From Candidatus Stahliibacteriota bacterium (GTDB lineage: Bacteria; Hydrothermota; Tepidihabitantia; B3-TA06), in assembly GCA_004375895.1 (NCBI GenBank), contig SOJW01000035.1, positions 42,264-106,263 on the forward strand: 64,000 bases of DNA. The letters run 5' to 3'. A program made the translations under genes and the position numbers. The notes below the pieces were generated by a model. That model did not search any database and was not told the origin of the DNA. It worked only from the letters and a program-made list of their open reading frames with translations. Of this stretch, positions 11,055 to 20,454 are shown piece by piece; positions within the stretch are counted from its first letter, which is position 1, and every line of letters begins with the position of its first letter.

Positions 11055-13531
11055 CGCTGGTTCTTATAGACGGGCACTCCATCGCCTACCGGTCATACTT
11101 TGCTTACATCAAGAAACCACTCCGAGATTCGTCTGGCCGTAACACCTCCGCAATCTTCGGTTTCCTTCAGGCCATGGATAAGATTGCCGAGCATTATCCG
11201 ACAGATCACATGGTCATAACCTTCGACGCAGGCAGGCGAGTGTTCCGCCACGATAAGTTCGAAGATTATAAGAAAGACAGACCCCAGATGCCGGACGATC
11301 TGGTATGGCAGGTGCCCATGATCACGAGGGTAGCAAAACTGCAGGGTCTGCCGGTGCTCCTCAAGGAAGGCTACGAGGCTGACGACATCATGGCCACCAT
11401 TACAGATAAGCTTGCCAAGAACTTCTCCAAGGTGGTAATCGTTTCAGGCGACAAGGATCTCTATCAGCTGGTGTGCGGCAAGGTGGTGATCTATGACCCT
11501 TACAAGGACGAGGAGTTTGACCCTGAAAAGGTGAAGGGAAAGATGGGCGTTGGGCCTGAACGCATCACCGATCTTTTGGCCCTTATGGGCGATTCAGTAG
11601 ACGGGGTGCCAGGTGTTCCGGGCATCGGCCCCAAGCGGGCAAAGGACTTGCTGGAAAAGTATGGTGATCTGGCAACCGCACTCCAAAAGGAAGAAAAGCT
11701 TGCCGAGCATCGGGAGGTTGCAGAGCTCTCCTACGAGCTTGTTCAGCTGCATCGCGACGTGCCGATTGAAGTTGACGAGGACTCACTCAAGCGCACCGAA
11801 CCGAACGACGCTGGACTTCAGGATATGTATAACGAGCTTGGGTTTACGTCAAGGTTGTCCAGGATGAAGGTAAGGGATAAGACAGCAAAGCTGGAGATCA
11901 CCAAGGGTGAATTTAAACCCAAAAAGGGCGACCCCATATCCTTTATATTCGAGGAGAACTCCGGACAGCGCGATATGTTCGATGAAAGTGAGGAGGAGTG
12001 TTACGGGTGGACGAGAATCCTGGCCTCAGACGGGTTCACGGTGGCGGAGATCACCGAAGATCAAGCGCGTAAACTATTTTCTGAGGAGTGCTACCCCAAG
12101 ATACTGTGGGCGGCAAAGCCCCTGCTGCGCGCCGGGTTCCAGATCAAGGGCAAGCTTTACGACATCCACCTCATGGCGTTTATCGAAAACTCAGATTTGA
12201 GCTTAAGGACCCTGGAACGTGTCTTGGTGCACACTGCAGGCAGACCCATCTCCTCCCCTGCTGACACTGCGAACCTGATGCACGAAGCCGCAGAGCATTA
12301 TCAAAAGGAACTTGAGAACGTGGGGGCATGGGATGTGTACGAGAAGATGGAGGTCCCGCTCATCCCGGTACTTACTAAAATGGAGCAGCGCGGGGTGAGG
12401 CTGGATACCTCATACTTCGGAAAATTAACCGATGGCTGGGAAGGCGAGTTGAAGAAGTTAGAGGAAGAAATCCATGCGATAGCAGAGCAAAAGTTCACCA
12501 TAGGCTCGCCCAAGCAGCTTGCAGAGGTGCTTTTTACCGAGCTTGGCCTTCGTCCCCGCAAACGGACCAAGACCGGCTACTCCACCGCCGCAGGTGTTCT
12601 TGAAGAGATGGCTGACGAGCATCCCATCATACCCAAGGTACTCCAGTGGCGCGCCTTCTCCAAGCTCTTATCGACCTATCTCAGACCTCTGGTTACCCTG
12701 GTGGATAAGGATTCAAGGATACATACGACCTTCGACCAGACCGGTGCGGCCACCGGCAGGTTATCGACCAAGGACCCCAACCTTCAGAACATCCCTATCA
12801 GGGGTGAGCGCGGCCCACAGGTACGTGCAGGGTTTATCGCAAGCCCGGGCTACAAACTCTTATCAGCCGACTACTCACAGATCGAGCTCCGGGTGCTCGC
12901 CCACGTTGCAGAAGATGAAGCGTTGGCCAAGGTATTCCACGACGGTCGGGACGTGCATACCGAGACCTCGATGCGTATCTTCGGGTTGAAGGAAGCTGAC
13001 GTCACCCGCGACCACCGGCGCATGGCCAAGGCGATCAATTACGGGATAATCTACGGCATGGGTCCCTATGGTTTCGCGCGCCGCATGGGTGTGACCACCG
13101 AAGAGGCCTCGCTCTTCATCGAACGCTACCTCGCTTCATTCCCCCAGGTGTCGGCTTGGCGGGAGCAGATTCTTGTGGACGCAAGGGAAAACGGATACGT
13201 ATCCACGATAGCAGGAAGAGTCCGCCGACTCCCGGTTATCTCAGACCGTATGGACATAGCCGAGCGCGCAGCTCTCAACGCACCTATACAGGGGTCTGCT
13301 GCGGATATAATAAAAAAGGCGATGATTACGGTGGAGAAGAATCTCGAAAAGGCGGGGATAGAGCCGGGCATGCTTCTTCAGATCCACGACGAGTTGTTGT
13401 TCGAGGTGAAAGAAAGCGAGGTGGAAAAGGCGAAGAAGATCGTCAAGAAGGACATGGAGTCGGCCTACAAGCTCTCGGTACCGCTTGAGGTGGAGATAGG
13501 GGTAGGTGATAACTGGGCGCAGGCGCATTAG
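11051..13531 (+). CDS. polA: DNA polymerase I
   Basis: 5'-3' exonuclease (LIDG, EADD, GDKD, GIGPK) and polymerase motifs DYSQIELR, KAINYG, QIHDE. Confidence 0.97.
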   Translation: MTLVLIDGHSIAYRSYFAYIKKPLRDSSGRNTSAIFGFLQAMDKIAEHYPTDHMVITFDAGRRVFRHDKFEDYKKDRPQMPDDLVWQVPMITRVAKLQGLPVLLKEGYEADDIMATITDKLAKNFSKVVIVSGDKDLYQLVCGKVVIYDPYKDEEFDPEKVKGKMGVGPERITDLLALMGDSVDGVPGVPGIGPKRAKDLLEKYGDLATALQKEEKLAEHREVAELSYELVQLHRDVPIEVDEDSLKRTEPNDAGLQDMYNELGFTSRLSRMKVRDKTAKLEITKGEFKPKKGDPISFIFEENSGQRDMFDESEEECYGWTRILASDGFTVAEITEDQARKLFSEECYPKILWAAKPLLRAGFQIKGKLYDIHLMAFIENSDLSLRTLERVLVHTAGRPISSPADTANLMHEAAEHYQKELENVGAWDVYEKMEVPLIPVLTKMEQRGVRLDTSYFGKLTDGWEGELKKLEEEIHAIAEQKFTIGSPKQLAEVLFTELGLRPRKRTKTGYSTAAGVLEEMADEHPIIPKVLQWRAFSKLLSTYLRPLVTLVDKDSRIHTTFDQTGAATGRLSTKDPNLQNIPIRGERGPQVRAGFIASPGYKLLSADYSQIELRVLAHVAEDEALAKVFHDGRDVHTETSMRIFGLKEADVTRDHRRMAKAINYGIIYGMGPYGFARRMGVTTEEASLFIERYLASFPQVSAWREQILVDARENGYVSTIAGRVRRLPVISDRMDIAERAALNAPIQGSAADIIKKAMITVEKNLEKAGIEPGMLLQIHDELLFEVKESEVEKAKKIVKKDMESAYKLSVPLEVEIGVGDNWAQAH

Positions 13532-13541
13532 GGGGAGAATT

Positions 13542-13748
13542 GAACCACAGATTACACCGATTTCACGGATTAAGGTTTGATTATGGAGTGCAACGAGCGC
13601 CTCGTTGCCGCAACAACACGGTTGTTGCACTCCAAAGTCACGAGGGTAGAAAAAAATGAAACACGGAGATCACAGAGAACACGGAGAAAACCATATGAAT
13701 AATTATAATAATCCCCTCCTCTGTGTTCTCCGTGTGCTCTGTGGTTTT
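13542..13748. repeat. Cluster of 9-mer tandem/inverted repeats around a cloverleaf REP-like element
   Basis: ACCACAGATTACACCGATTTCACGGATT; CACGGAGATCACAGAGAACACGGAGA with inverted partner; TGGAGTGCAA..TTGCACTCCA at 13584-13634. Confidence 0.8.
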
Positions 13749-13756
13749 AATACCCT

Positions 13757-14167
13757 ATGACCTGGACACCGCCTAAGACACCCTATCTCACGGTTGACTG
13801 CATCATCAGATACAAGCAAGGGATTGTGCTGATCCAGCGTAGGCATCCGCCCGAAGGCTGGGCCCTGCCCGGAGGATTCTGCGAGATCGGCGAGACGGTC
13901 GAGGACGCGGTGCGCCGGGAGGTGCGCGAGGAGACCGGGCTGGAGCTTGAGAACTTAAAGCAGTTCCGCGTCTACTCCGACCCAGCCCGCGACCCCCGCT
14001 TCCACACCGCCTCAGTGGTCTTTGCCGCCGACGGCATTGGTGTGTTACGGGGCGGAAGCGACGCAAAGGTTGCGAGAGTGTTTAAGTTGGATGAGCTGCC
14101 GGAAGAGATTTGTTTTGACCATCGAGAGATTATACAAGACTACATTGTCAATCTTTCATCTACGTGA
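13757..14167 (+). CDS. NUDIX hydrolase
   Basis: Nudix box GGFCEIGETVEDAVRREVREETG; RDPR motif. Confidence 0.93.
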   Translation: MTWTPPKTPYLTVDCIIRYKQGIVLIQRRHPPEGWALPGGFCEIGETVEDAVRREVREETGLELENLKQFRVYSDPARDPRFHTASVVFAADGIGVLRGGSDAKVARVFKLDELPEEICFDHREIIQDYIVNLSST

Positions 14168-14184
14168 GTCCTCCCTACCATAAG

Positions 14185-14580
14185 TTTTCGGGCTGACCTA
14201 AAGGTCAGCCCCTACAGGGGATTGCGCTACCCCTCCCCCTTCATCCCCCTCCACAAAGGGAGGGGGAAAACTCCCAGTAACGACACTGACACCTTTTACC
14301 CCTCCATCTCGATGGGGGAGGTTGGGAGGAGGTGAAGCCTCTTTCCACTCCACCTACCCCCTACCCTATGGGGCGCAGTAAAATTGGCGCCCCAAGGGGC
14401 ACGCTGTCCACCAAGGAGGGGGAATAATACACTCCTTCAGAGCCCTCCTTCAATAAGGGGACAATGTAGCGCAGGCTCAGCGTGCCCCTGTCGGGTGCTC
14501 CAGCCTGCGCTGATATATTATTAAACAGGCTAGAGAGCCTGTTCTACATTTTACATTCGCTGTAAGCGAAAAGGAGCATT
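14185..14580. repeat. Dense intergenic cluster of REP-like palindromes
   Basis: GGGCTGACCTAAAGGTCAGCCCTAC, CCCTCCCC/GGGAGGGG hairpins, GTAGCGCAGGCT..AGCCTGCGCT, nested TACCCTAT..GGGGCACGCTG element. Confidence 0.8.
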
Positions 14581-14647
14581 AGAATCAGTTGACAGACCCC
14601 ATCTTATCCGTATCCTCATAAGCAAAAACAAACCATAAGGAGGAGAA

Positions 14648-14971
14648 TTGGCCATAACCATGGACGACTTCAAAAAGATTGACCTGCGTGTAGCTAAGAT
14701 TACCGAGGCCGAGAGGATTGAAGGAACCGATAAGCTCTTAAAGCTCAAGGTAACGCTCGGGGTCGAGGAGCGCCAGCTTGTGGCAGGAATAGCCCAGCAT
14801 TACTCTCCTGAAGAATTGGTGGGCAAGCAGCTTATCGTGGTTACGAACCTTGAGCCAGCGTTGATAAAAGGCGTGGAGTCTCAGGGTATGCTTCTGGCAA
14901 CGGTAAGCCAGGGCAGGGTGATCCTGGCAACCATGGACGCCGAAACAGAGCCCGGCTCCAAGATACTTTAG
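14648..14971 (+). CDS. Stand-alone tRNA-binding OB-fold protein (MetRS C-terminal/Trbp111 family)
   Basis: DFKKIDLRVAKI, RQLVAGI, NLEPA...GVESQGMLLA. Confidence 0.92.
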   Translation: MAITMDDFKKIDLRVAKITEAERIEGTDKLLKLKVTLGVEERQLVAGIAQHYSPEELVGKQLIVVTNLEPALIKGVESQGMLLATVSQGRVILATMDAETEPGSKIL

Positions 14972-14972
14972 G

Positions 14973-15842
14973 ATGTTCGACACCCATACCCACCTTTGTC
15001 ATAAATCCTTCCGTAAGGATCGTGAGGAGGCGTTTGATAGGGCACTGGAAGCGGGCGTGAATCTCATGCTTGAGATTAGCTGGGACGTTCGCTCAAGCGA
15101 GGCAGCCATCCGGTTTGCCGAGGATCACGAAGGCGTGTGGGTGGCGGTAGGTTATCATCCACACGAGTCTCGTAACACCCGTACCCCTTCGGGGCATTCT
15201 CATAATTATTCGGAGCTTACGCTCCGCTCACAAGGAAATAACACCCGCCCCCCTTCGGGGGATTCTCATAATCAGCTTGAATCACAAGGAAATAACACAC
15301 CCAATTATCTGCAAAGGCTTGAAGAGTTAAGTAAACATCAAAAGGTCAAGGCGATAGGCGAGATCGGTCTTGACTACTACAGGGATCTATCGCCGCGGGA
15401 TGTACAGAAGCGGGTGTTTGCAGAGCAGATCGAGCTTGCCGATGAACTCAAGCTACCCATGGTGATCCACTGTCGTGACGCGATGGATGATGTTCTGCCG
15501 ATCGTTGCCGAGCAAGGTTACTACCGGGGCGTTTTTCACTCGATTTCTGCAGACTCGGAGCAGGCACAGAAGATTGTGGGGCTGGGATTCTATCTTGGCA
15601 TCAACGGGACGCTGACCTATGATAGCAAGAGGACCAAAAGCTGGTTGCCTCGGGTTCCGAAAGAGCGGTTGCTTATCGAGACCGACTGCCCCTACCTTGC
15701 GCCTGTCCCCTATCGTCGCGAGCGCAACGAACCCGCGTACGTAAGATACGTGGCCGAGGCGGTAGCCGGTGTCCTAGAGACATCGGTTGAAGAGATCGGA
15801 GATCTAACCGAGAAGAACGGGAAGGAGCTCTTCCTTGGCTAG
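14973..15842 (+). CDS. tatD: TatD family DNase with an in-frame repeat insertion
   Basis: DTHTH, GYHPH, GEIGLDY, IHCRDA, ETDCPY; roughly 35-40 extra aa after HPHES. Confidence 0.93.
   Translation: MFDTHTHLCHKSFRKDREEAFDRALEAGVNLMLEISWDVRSSEAAIRFAEDHEGVWVAVGYHPHESRNTRTPSGHSHNYSELTLRSQGNNTRPPSGDSHNQLESQGNNTPNYLQRLEELSKHQKVKAIGEIGLDYYRDLSPRDVQKRVFAEQIELADELKLPMVIHCRDAMDDVLPIVAEQGYYRGVFHSISADSEQAQKIVGLGFYLGINGTLTYDSKRTKSWLPRVPKERLLIETDCPYLAPVPYRRERNEPAYVRYVAEAVAGVLETSVEEIGDLTEKNGKELFLG
15184..15240 (+). mobile_element. 57-bp in-frame miniature element inside tatD
   Basis: 54/57 identical to 63862..63918 (minus strand); both lie in a CCCGTA|ACAC context. Confidence 0.85.
15250..15294 (+). mobile_element. 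45-bp shorter variant of the same element inside tatD
   Basis: Same ends (CCCCTTCGGGG.ATTCTCATAAT / TCACAAGGAAATA) without the internal CGGAGCTTACGCTCCG hairpin. Confidence 0.8.
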
Positions 15843-16674
15843 AACCCGGATTGTTCACGTTCATCCGAAAAAGAGACTGGGACAGCACTTTCTGCGCAGA
15901 AAAGAGATAGCGCAGAGGATAGTGGACGCGCTTGAGGTGACCGAGAAAGACACGGTGGTAGAGGTCGGCGCTGGGACAGGCGAACTTACCCGGTTGATTA
16001 TAAAGCAAGCAGGTAAGGTGGTTGCGGTTGAGGTTGACGAGACCTGTTTCCCGACACTCCAGGTTCTTGCCGATCTCAATCACAATCTTGAGTTGTTTTT
16101 AGACGATGTGAGGAAATTGGATCTGTCTCATTATGCGTGTGTTACGGGTGTTACGGGTGGGTGTGTTACGGGTGTTACGGGTAAGGGTGTTACGGGTGTC
16201 CTCGGCAATCTCCCCTATCACCTCTCGGCAGAGATACTGTTCTGGCTGCTGGGACAGAGAAAGTATTGGCAGAGAGCGGTTCTTACGGTGCAGGCGGAGT
16301 TCGCGGCTCGCCTGGCAGCTGAGGTTGGCTCTCACGACTACTCGGCACTCTCGGTTATCGCCCAGACCTTTATCACTACCGAAAAGCTTTTCGACATCCC
16401 TGCCGAAGCCTTCGTACCGCCCCCCAAGGTGAAATCAACTACTATAAGAATACAGCCTATCGATAAAGTTGAGATCCCCCTATCTGAGGAGGACTTCATC
16501 AAGTTTGTCCGCTCGTGCTTTGCCCATCGCCGCAAGAGGCTTGCCAACAACCTCAAGATGATGGGTATACCCACTCCAGACAAGCTTTTAGAAGAACTGG
16601 GGCACTCGCCAACCGTCCGCCCCCAGGAACTCTCATCCCATGACTACATTCGGTTTATTAACGCTGCTCGTTAG
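15835..16674 (+). CDS. rsmA: 16S rRNA adenine dimethyltransferase (KsgA)
   Basis: KKRLGQHFL, EVGAGTGELT, GNLPY, F.PPPKV.S, RRK.LANNL. Confidence 0.95.
   Translation: MARTRIVHVHPKKRLGQHFLRRKEIAQRIVDALEVTEKDTVVEVGAGTGELTRLIIKQAGKVVAVEVDETCFPTLQVLADLNHNLELFLDDVRKLDLSHYACVTGVTGGCVTGVTGKGVTGVLGNLPYHLSAEILFWLLGQRKYWQRAVLTVQAEFAARLAAEVGSHDYSALSVIAQTFITTEKLFDIPAEAFVPPPKVKSTTIRIQPIDKVEIPLSEEDFIKFVRSCFAHRRKRLANNLKMMGIPTPDKLLEELGHSPTVRPQELSSHDYIRFINAAR
16137..16199 (+). repeat. Five GTTACGGGT units inside rsmA, read as VTG repeats
   Basis: Direct reading; lies immediately before GNLPY. Confidence 0.92.
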
Positions 16675-18427
16675 CGCGTTCGGCTCGGACACGGTTATCG
16701 TCTACTCGTCCGGGTATAACAACATGCTGCAACGCGGGGTATGGAACAGCGTTTACTTTGAGCGTAAACTGGGAAAAGAACTCTCCTTAACCCTGAATGA
16801 GTGGTATTCAATAAGCTGGGACTCTCTATCCAAGGACCTTCGTCGCAGCGCGTATAACACCGTAGGTGTAATCTACAACCCTGCCCAGTGGCTCGCGATC
16901 AAAAGCGGACTCACCGGCTCTCGTTCACTGACGGAAGAAGCCGACGGCAGCCAGGGCTACACCCGGTACTCCTCCGAAGGTTTCATAAGAACCACAACGT
17001 CAACAGACCTCCTCTACTCCGATTATGAACTAAGATACGGCAAGGAACGTTCCGCCATCTCAGGGCCCGAAGCGGGATGGTCTATTGACGAGATAAAAAA
17101 GGACGCAGCCACCATAAAAATCCGTACAGATCCATGTACCCTGAGTATCTACCATCATCTGGATCGCCACACCACCTGGTCAGATGGCGGTGACACCCTG
17201 CAAGTAACGCTCGCACGTATCCCTTTCCTTAAAGGCTACCTCTTAAGCGGAACCGAGTTCGGCCGCCGCCGCACCAAAGGCTACTCAGACTACGAGGGAC
17301 TTGGGGCTAAGTTCTGGGTGAAGGATACGCTGAGAATTACCCCACATGTAGGGCTCTCTATCGGCGCTTCCTACATGCTGGATACGCTTACAAACAACCT
17401 GTGGAAGGATCTAACATACAGCGAGGAGGAGCGCAACCTGAGCGCACGCGTAAGTTATGCCCCATTCAAACGGACAAACCTCCAGATTGAGCTGAGAAAC
17501 GAACAAAACTTTCACGACCAGGTTGACGACTACTACGATGAAGAATCCTTTAAGCACTCCTTCACCGGCAGTATCTCGCACAACTTCTACAGACGTCCAG
17601 CGCAAGCGCGGAATATATGGGGCATGGCTGTCAACTTCATCTCACCCGGATCGATCCTCTTCTCTCACAGCTTATCACTTGAGCGCATCTTTACACCCGA
17701 CTCGGCCAACGCCCTTGATCGGGATAACTTCAAAGAGCGACTTAGCCTTTCAGCAACACTGAGGCCAGGGGAAAACCTCTCCACATACTTTACTCTGAGT
17801 CATTACATCCAGCGCACACACTACACGGACACAATCAACACAAGTTATGCCGGGAGTTCAAACGAACGCAGATCCAGCAACGCCACGTGGAATCTTAACC
17901 TTGAGGTTCCCCGCTACCTGGCTATATCAAACTCGGCAAACCTCTACTTTGATTGGACAAGATACTATAACGACTCCACCCTGAACAGGGCCGACAGAAC
18001 CTGGAAGGAGCAAATCTCTGTGAGCGTGTTCCCGCAAGCTGCGCTAGAGCCGGGTGTAAATTTGGGCTGGGAGCGTTACGAAAACTGGCGAGTGATCTCA
18101 GGCGCATTGGTGCGTAGGGGTCTTAAGGATGTATTTGAGCAACGTTACAGCATCTCTTTTGTCCAGAAACGCAAAGAGGAGGCGCCGAGATGGTGGTCGC
18201 AACCGTATTGGGAGCGGGAGTGGTTAAGAATCACAGGATTTGCAGGGATAAGGATGGAAATAACACCTGCCGAACCCCAGGGGTTGTGGCAAGAAAGCCG
18301 GTTTGCAGGGATAGAAATCTCGGCTTGTCCATGGCCCTATCTTTCATTAAACGGCAGGATAAAATTTACAAGGAGCAACTATGAAGTGCCTTTTGAGGCT
18401 TCTTGCTTCCTCAGCAGTTCTTTCTAG
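16640..18427 (+). CDS. Probable outer-membrane beta-barrel protein
   Basis: Short signal peptide, alternating amphipathic strands rich in S/Y, terminal Phe. Confidence 0.6.
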   Translation: MTTFGLLTLLVSAFGSDTVIVYSSGYNNMLQRGVWNSVYFERKLGKELSLTLNEWYSISWDSLSKDLRRSAYNTVGVIYNPAQWLAIKSGLTGSRSLTEEADGSQGYTRYSSEGFIRTTTSTDLLYSDYELRYGKERSAISGPEAGWSIDEIKKDAATIKIRTDPCTLSIYHHLDRHTTWSDGGDTLQVTLARIPFLKGYLLSGTEFGRRRTKGYSDYEGLGAKFWVKDTLRITPHVGLSIGASYMLDTLTNNLWKDLTYSEEERNLSARVSYAPFKRTNLQIELRNEQNFHDQVDDYYDEESFKHSFTGSISHNFYRRPAQARNIWGMAVNFISPGSILFSHSLSLERIFTPDSANALDRDNFKERLSLSATLRPGENLSTYFTLSHYIQRTHYTDTINTSYAGSSNERRSSNATWNLNLEVPRYLAISNSANLYFDWTRYYNDSTLNRADRTWKEQISVSVFPQAALEPGVNLGWERYENWRVISGALVRRGLKDVFEQRYSISFVQKRKEEAPRWWSQPYWEREWLRITGFAGIRMEITPAEPQGLWQESRFAGIEISACPWPYLSLNGRIKFTRSNYEVPFEASCFLSSSF

Positions 18428-18992
18428 TTTGCTGGCAGGATGCAACCTCTTTAATCCCGAAGAGTACGCTGAAGATCTCAACCCCGTGGACTCCATGGCC
18501 GTCTTCCGCAATCTAGTTGACGCCCACAACACACTTGACTACGAGGCGTTCCTTTTATGCCTGGACCCAGCCACCTTCCGCTTCGTTCCGAAAGACACTA
18601 CCCAGGGCACATACTATAAACCGTGGGGCTATGCGGATGAGGACACGTTGACCTCCACCATGTTCAAGGAATTCAAAACCGAACGTCAGATCCCTCCTCT
18701 CCTCCTTCAGGTAGACACGACCTACTTCTCAGCCACAGACACCCTCGCCTACCTGTGTGCAAACTACCTCCTGATTACGCCTCTGAAGGAGTATGACACC
18801 CTTGGCGGAGGATTAGAGTTGGAGATTCTAAAGCGTGGAAACTACTGGTACATATCAACCTGGAAGGACGTAGCAGGCGAAACCCTATTTGTGGAGCACG
18901 AGACAGAAGAAGGCGAGACTACAATAGATACAATCCCCCCGAAGATAACCGAGCATGACTGGAGCGACCTTAAGGTTTACTTCCGCATGTAG
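18381..18992 (+). CDS. Lipoprotein, possibly NTF2-like fold
   Basis: Lipobox LAGC; L.DAHN..DYEAF..CLD and WYISTW. Confidence 0.65.
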   Translation: MKCLLRLLASSAVLSSLLAGCNLFNPEEYAEDLNPVDSMAVFRNLVDAHNTLDYEAFLLCLDPATFRFVPKDTTQGTYYKPWGYADEDTLTSTMFKEFKTERQIPPLLLQVDTTYFSATDTLAYLCANYLLITPLKEYDTLGGGLELEILKRGNYWYISTWKDVAGETLFVEHETEEGETTIDTIPPKITEHDWSDLKVYFRM

Positions 18993-19013
18993 GTCGGCAG
19001 GTAGTTGTAGAAG

Positions 19014-19391
19014 TTATTGCTCCAAGACAGATGCAATTTCTCTTGCCGCCCTGCGCATATCAAGGAGGATCAATCCAAGATTGGCACCGTGATGGGTTAT
19101 GGCTACAAGAAGCGAGGATGCTCCAGACCGCATGATTAATATGTATCCTTTTGGTGCCCTGATATGCACCTCGGTAGGTTCCCCCTTGTCGAACTCCTCG
19201 GCGGTGCGGCAGGTCACCGTAGCAGCCGCCGCACATATCGCAGAGAGACGCTCCTCGTCAAGATTGGCGGCAAGCGAAGAAGCGATAACCAAACCCTCGT
19301 TTGTAGCTACTGCAGTGCCCTGGATGTCCGTATCCATCGTCCTTAATCTTTCAAGCATCTCGTGTATCTTCTCTGCCCGCGATTGGTTCAT
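19014..19391 (-). CDS. Roadblock/LC7 domain protein
   Basis: GTAVATNEGLVIAS, LSAICAA, ANLGLILLDMR. Confidence 0.9.
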   Translation of the reverse strand: MNQSRAEKIHEMLERLRTMDTDIQGTAVATNEGLVIASSLAANLDEERLSAICAAAATVTCRTAEEFDKGEPTEVHIRAPKGYILIMRSGASSLLVAITHHGANLGLILLDMRRAAREIASVLEQ

Positions 19392-19635
19392 CGCTTCCTC
19401 CTTTAGAACATTTAATTATTACACAAAATCAGGCCTGTGTCAAGGGGTGAGTTTTATGCTCCTTTCGTCGGAGGACGACGCTTGCGACCCGACAGGGTAA
19501 AGATCGCAGAGCAAAAAATGCAGGGGCCACTCATGCCTCGTCCATACTGATTCCGGATCCCCGCTTGTGCCCCGGTCGGGTGTCAGGTTCGCTTGACTCA
19601 GGCGAGTCTAAAGACTCGCGCTACATGTAGAGGTG

Positions 19636-20055
19636 TTACAAAGAGAGGAAGACTATCGCTGCAATGGCGGCTGCGATGCCAACGATGCGCTTCCAGGTTA
19701 AAGGTTCATTGAAGAAGATGATGGAGAATACGACGATCACAAGCACGTACTGGGAGGTGAGGGGGACGACGACGTTTAGAGATCCGCCCTTCTGAATCGC
19801 CCGGTTGAAGGCAAGTGCGGCAACCAAGGCGCCGATCCCGGCAAGGGCCGCGAAGAGCACGTAGCGGTCGAAGCGCCAGGTGAAAGGGCCGATACCCAGA
19901 GCCAACGCCAGGGGAAGGGCGGATATTGAGCCCACAAGCAGCGCCGCACGCCAGTCAAGCTGCTTCAGGGCAAACTTTAGGAGTATCCCCCACGCTCCCC
20001 AGCCCAGTATCGCTATCACTGATAGCACCCGCCAGTCAGAAAAAAGCTGCTTCAT
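19636..20055 (-). CDS. EamA/DMT family transporter (single repeat)
   Basis: Five hydrophobic helices; VVVPL, FFNEPLTWKRIVGI. Confidence 0.85.
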   Translation of the reverse strand: MKQLFSDWRVLSVIAILGWGAWGILLKFALKQLDWRAALLVGSISALPLALALGIGPFTWRFDRYVLFAALAGIGALVAALAFNRAIQKGGSLNVVVPLTSQYVLVIVVFSIIFFNEPLTWKRIVGIAAAIAAIVFLSL

Positions 20056-20113
20056 AGGAAATTCTACGGCTTATTTGTCTCCCCGTCAACTCGAAAACAG
20101 TTGGCCTAAGGGG

Positions 20114-20142
20114 TTGACAAATTGTCATTAATGCCTTATATT
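20114..20142 (+). promoter_or_regulatory. Sigma70 promoter overlapped by a palindrome
   Basis: TTGACA-17-TATATT; TGACAA-A-TTGTCA inverted repeat over the -35. Confidence 0.7.
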
Positions 20143-20162
20143 TGGACAGCAAAGGAGGTAGT

Positions 20163-20297
20163 ATGGCTAGAACGCGTTACTTTTTCTTCGAGGCGCTGAG
20201 GCGGATGGGTAACTCCCTCTTCAGCTTCTTCTCGCGCTGTGAAGACCGCGGCGTTCTGGCTCGAAGGGGGCAAGAAGCTCACCCAAAAGCGTTTTGA
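20163..20297 (+). CDS. Unannotated 44-aa small protein
   Basis: AAAGGAGGT RBS, own promoter, ATG..TGA. Confidence 0.55.
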   Translation: MARTRYFFFEALRRMGNSLFSFFSRCEDRGVLARRGQEAHPKAF

Positions 20298-20454
20298 AGT
20301 TAAACATAGGCTGCCTTATGCCTATCCGGGGTTTTGCGTACTTGACAGGCGCTAAAATCAACCTACTATAAATAAAATGACCTAGAGCAGTTTTTACAAG
20401 ACGGTCTTTGGCTCAGGTAAACGCCTGTTGTCCGGCAAAACAAGGAGTTCTATC

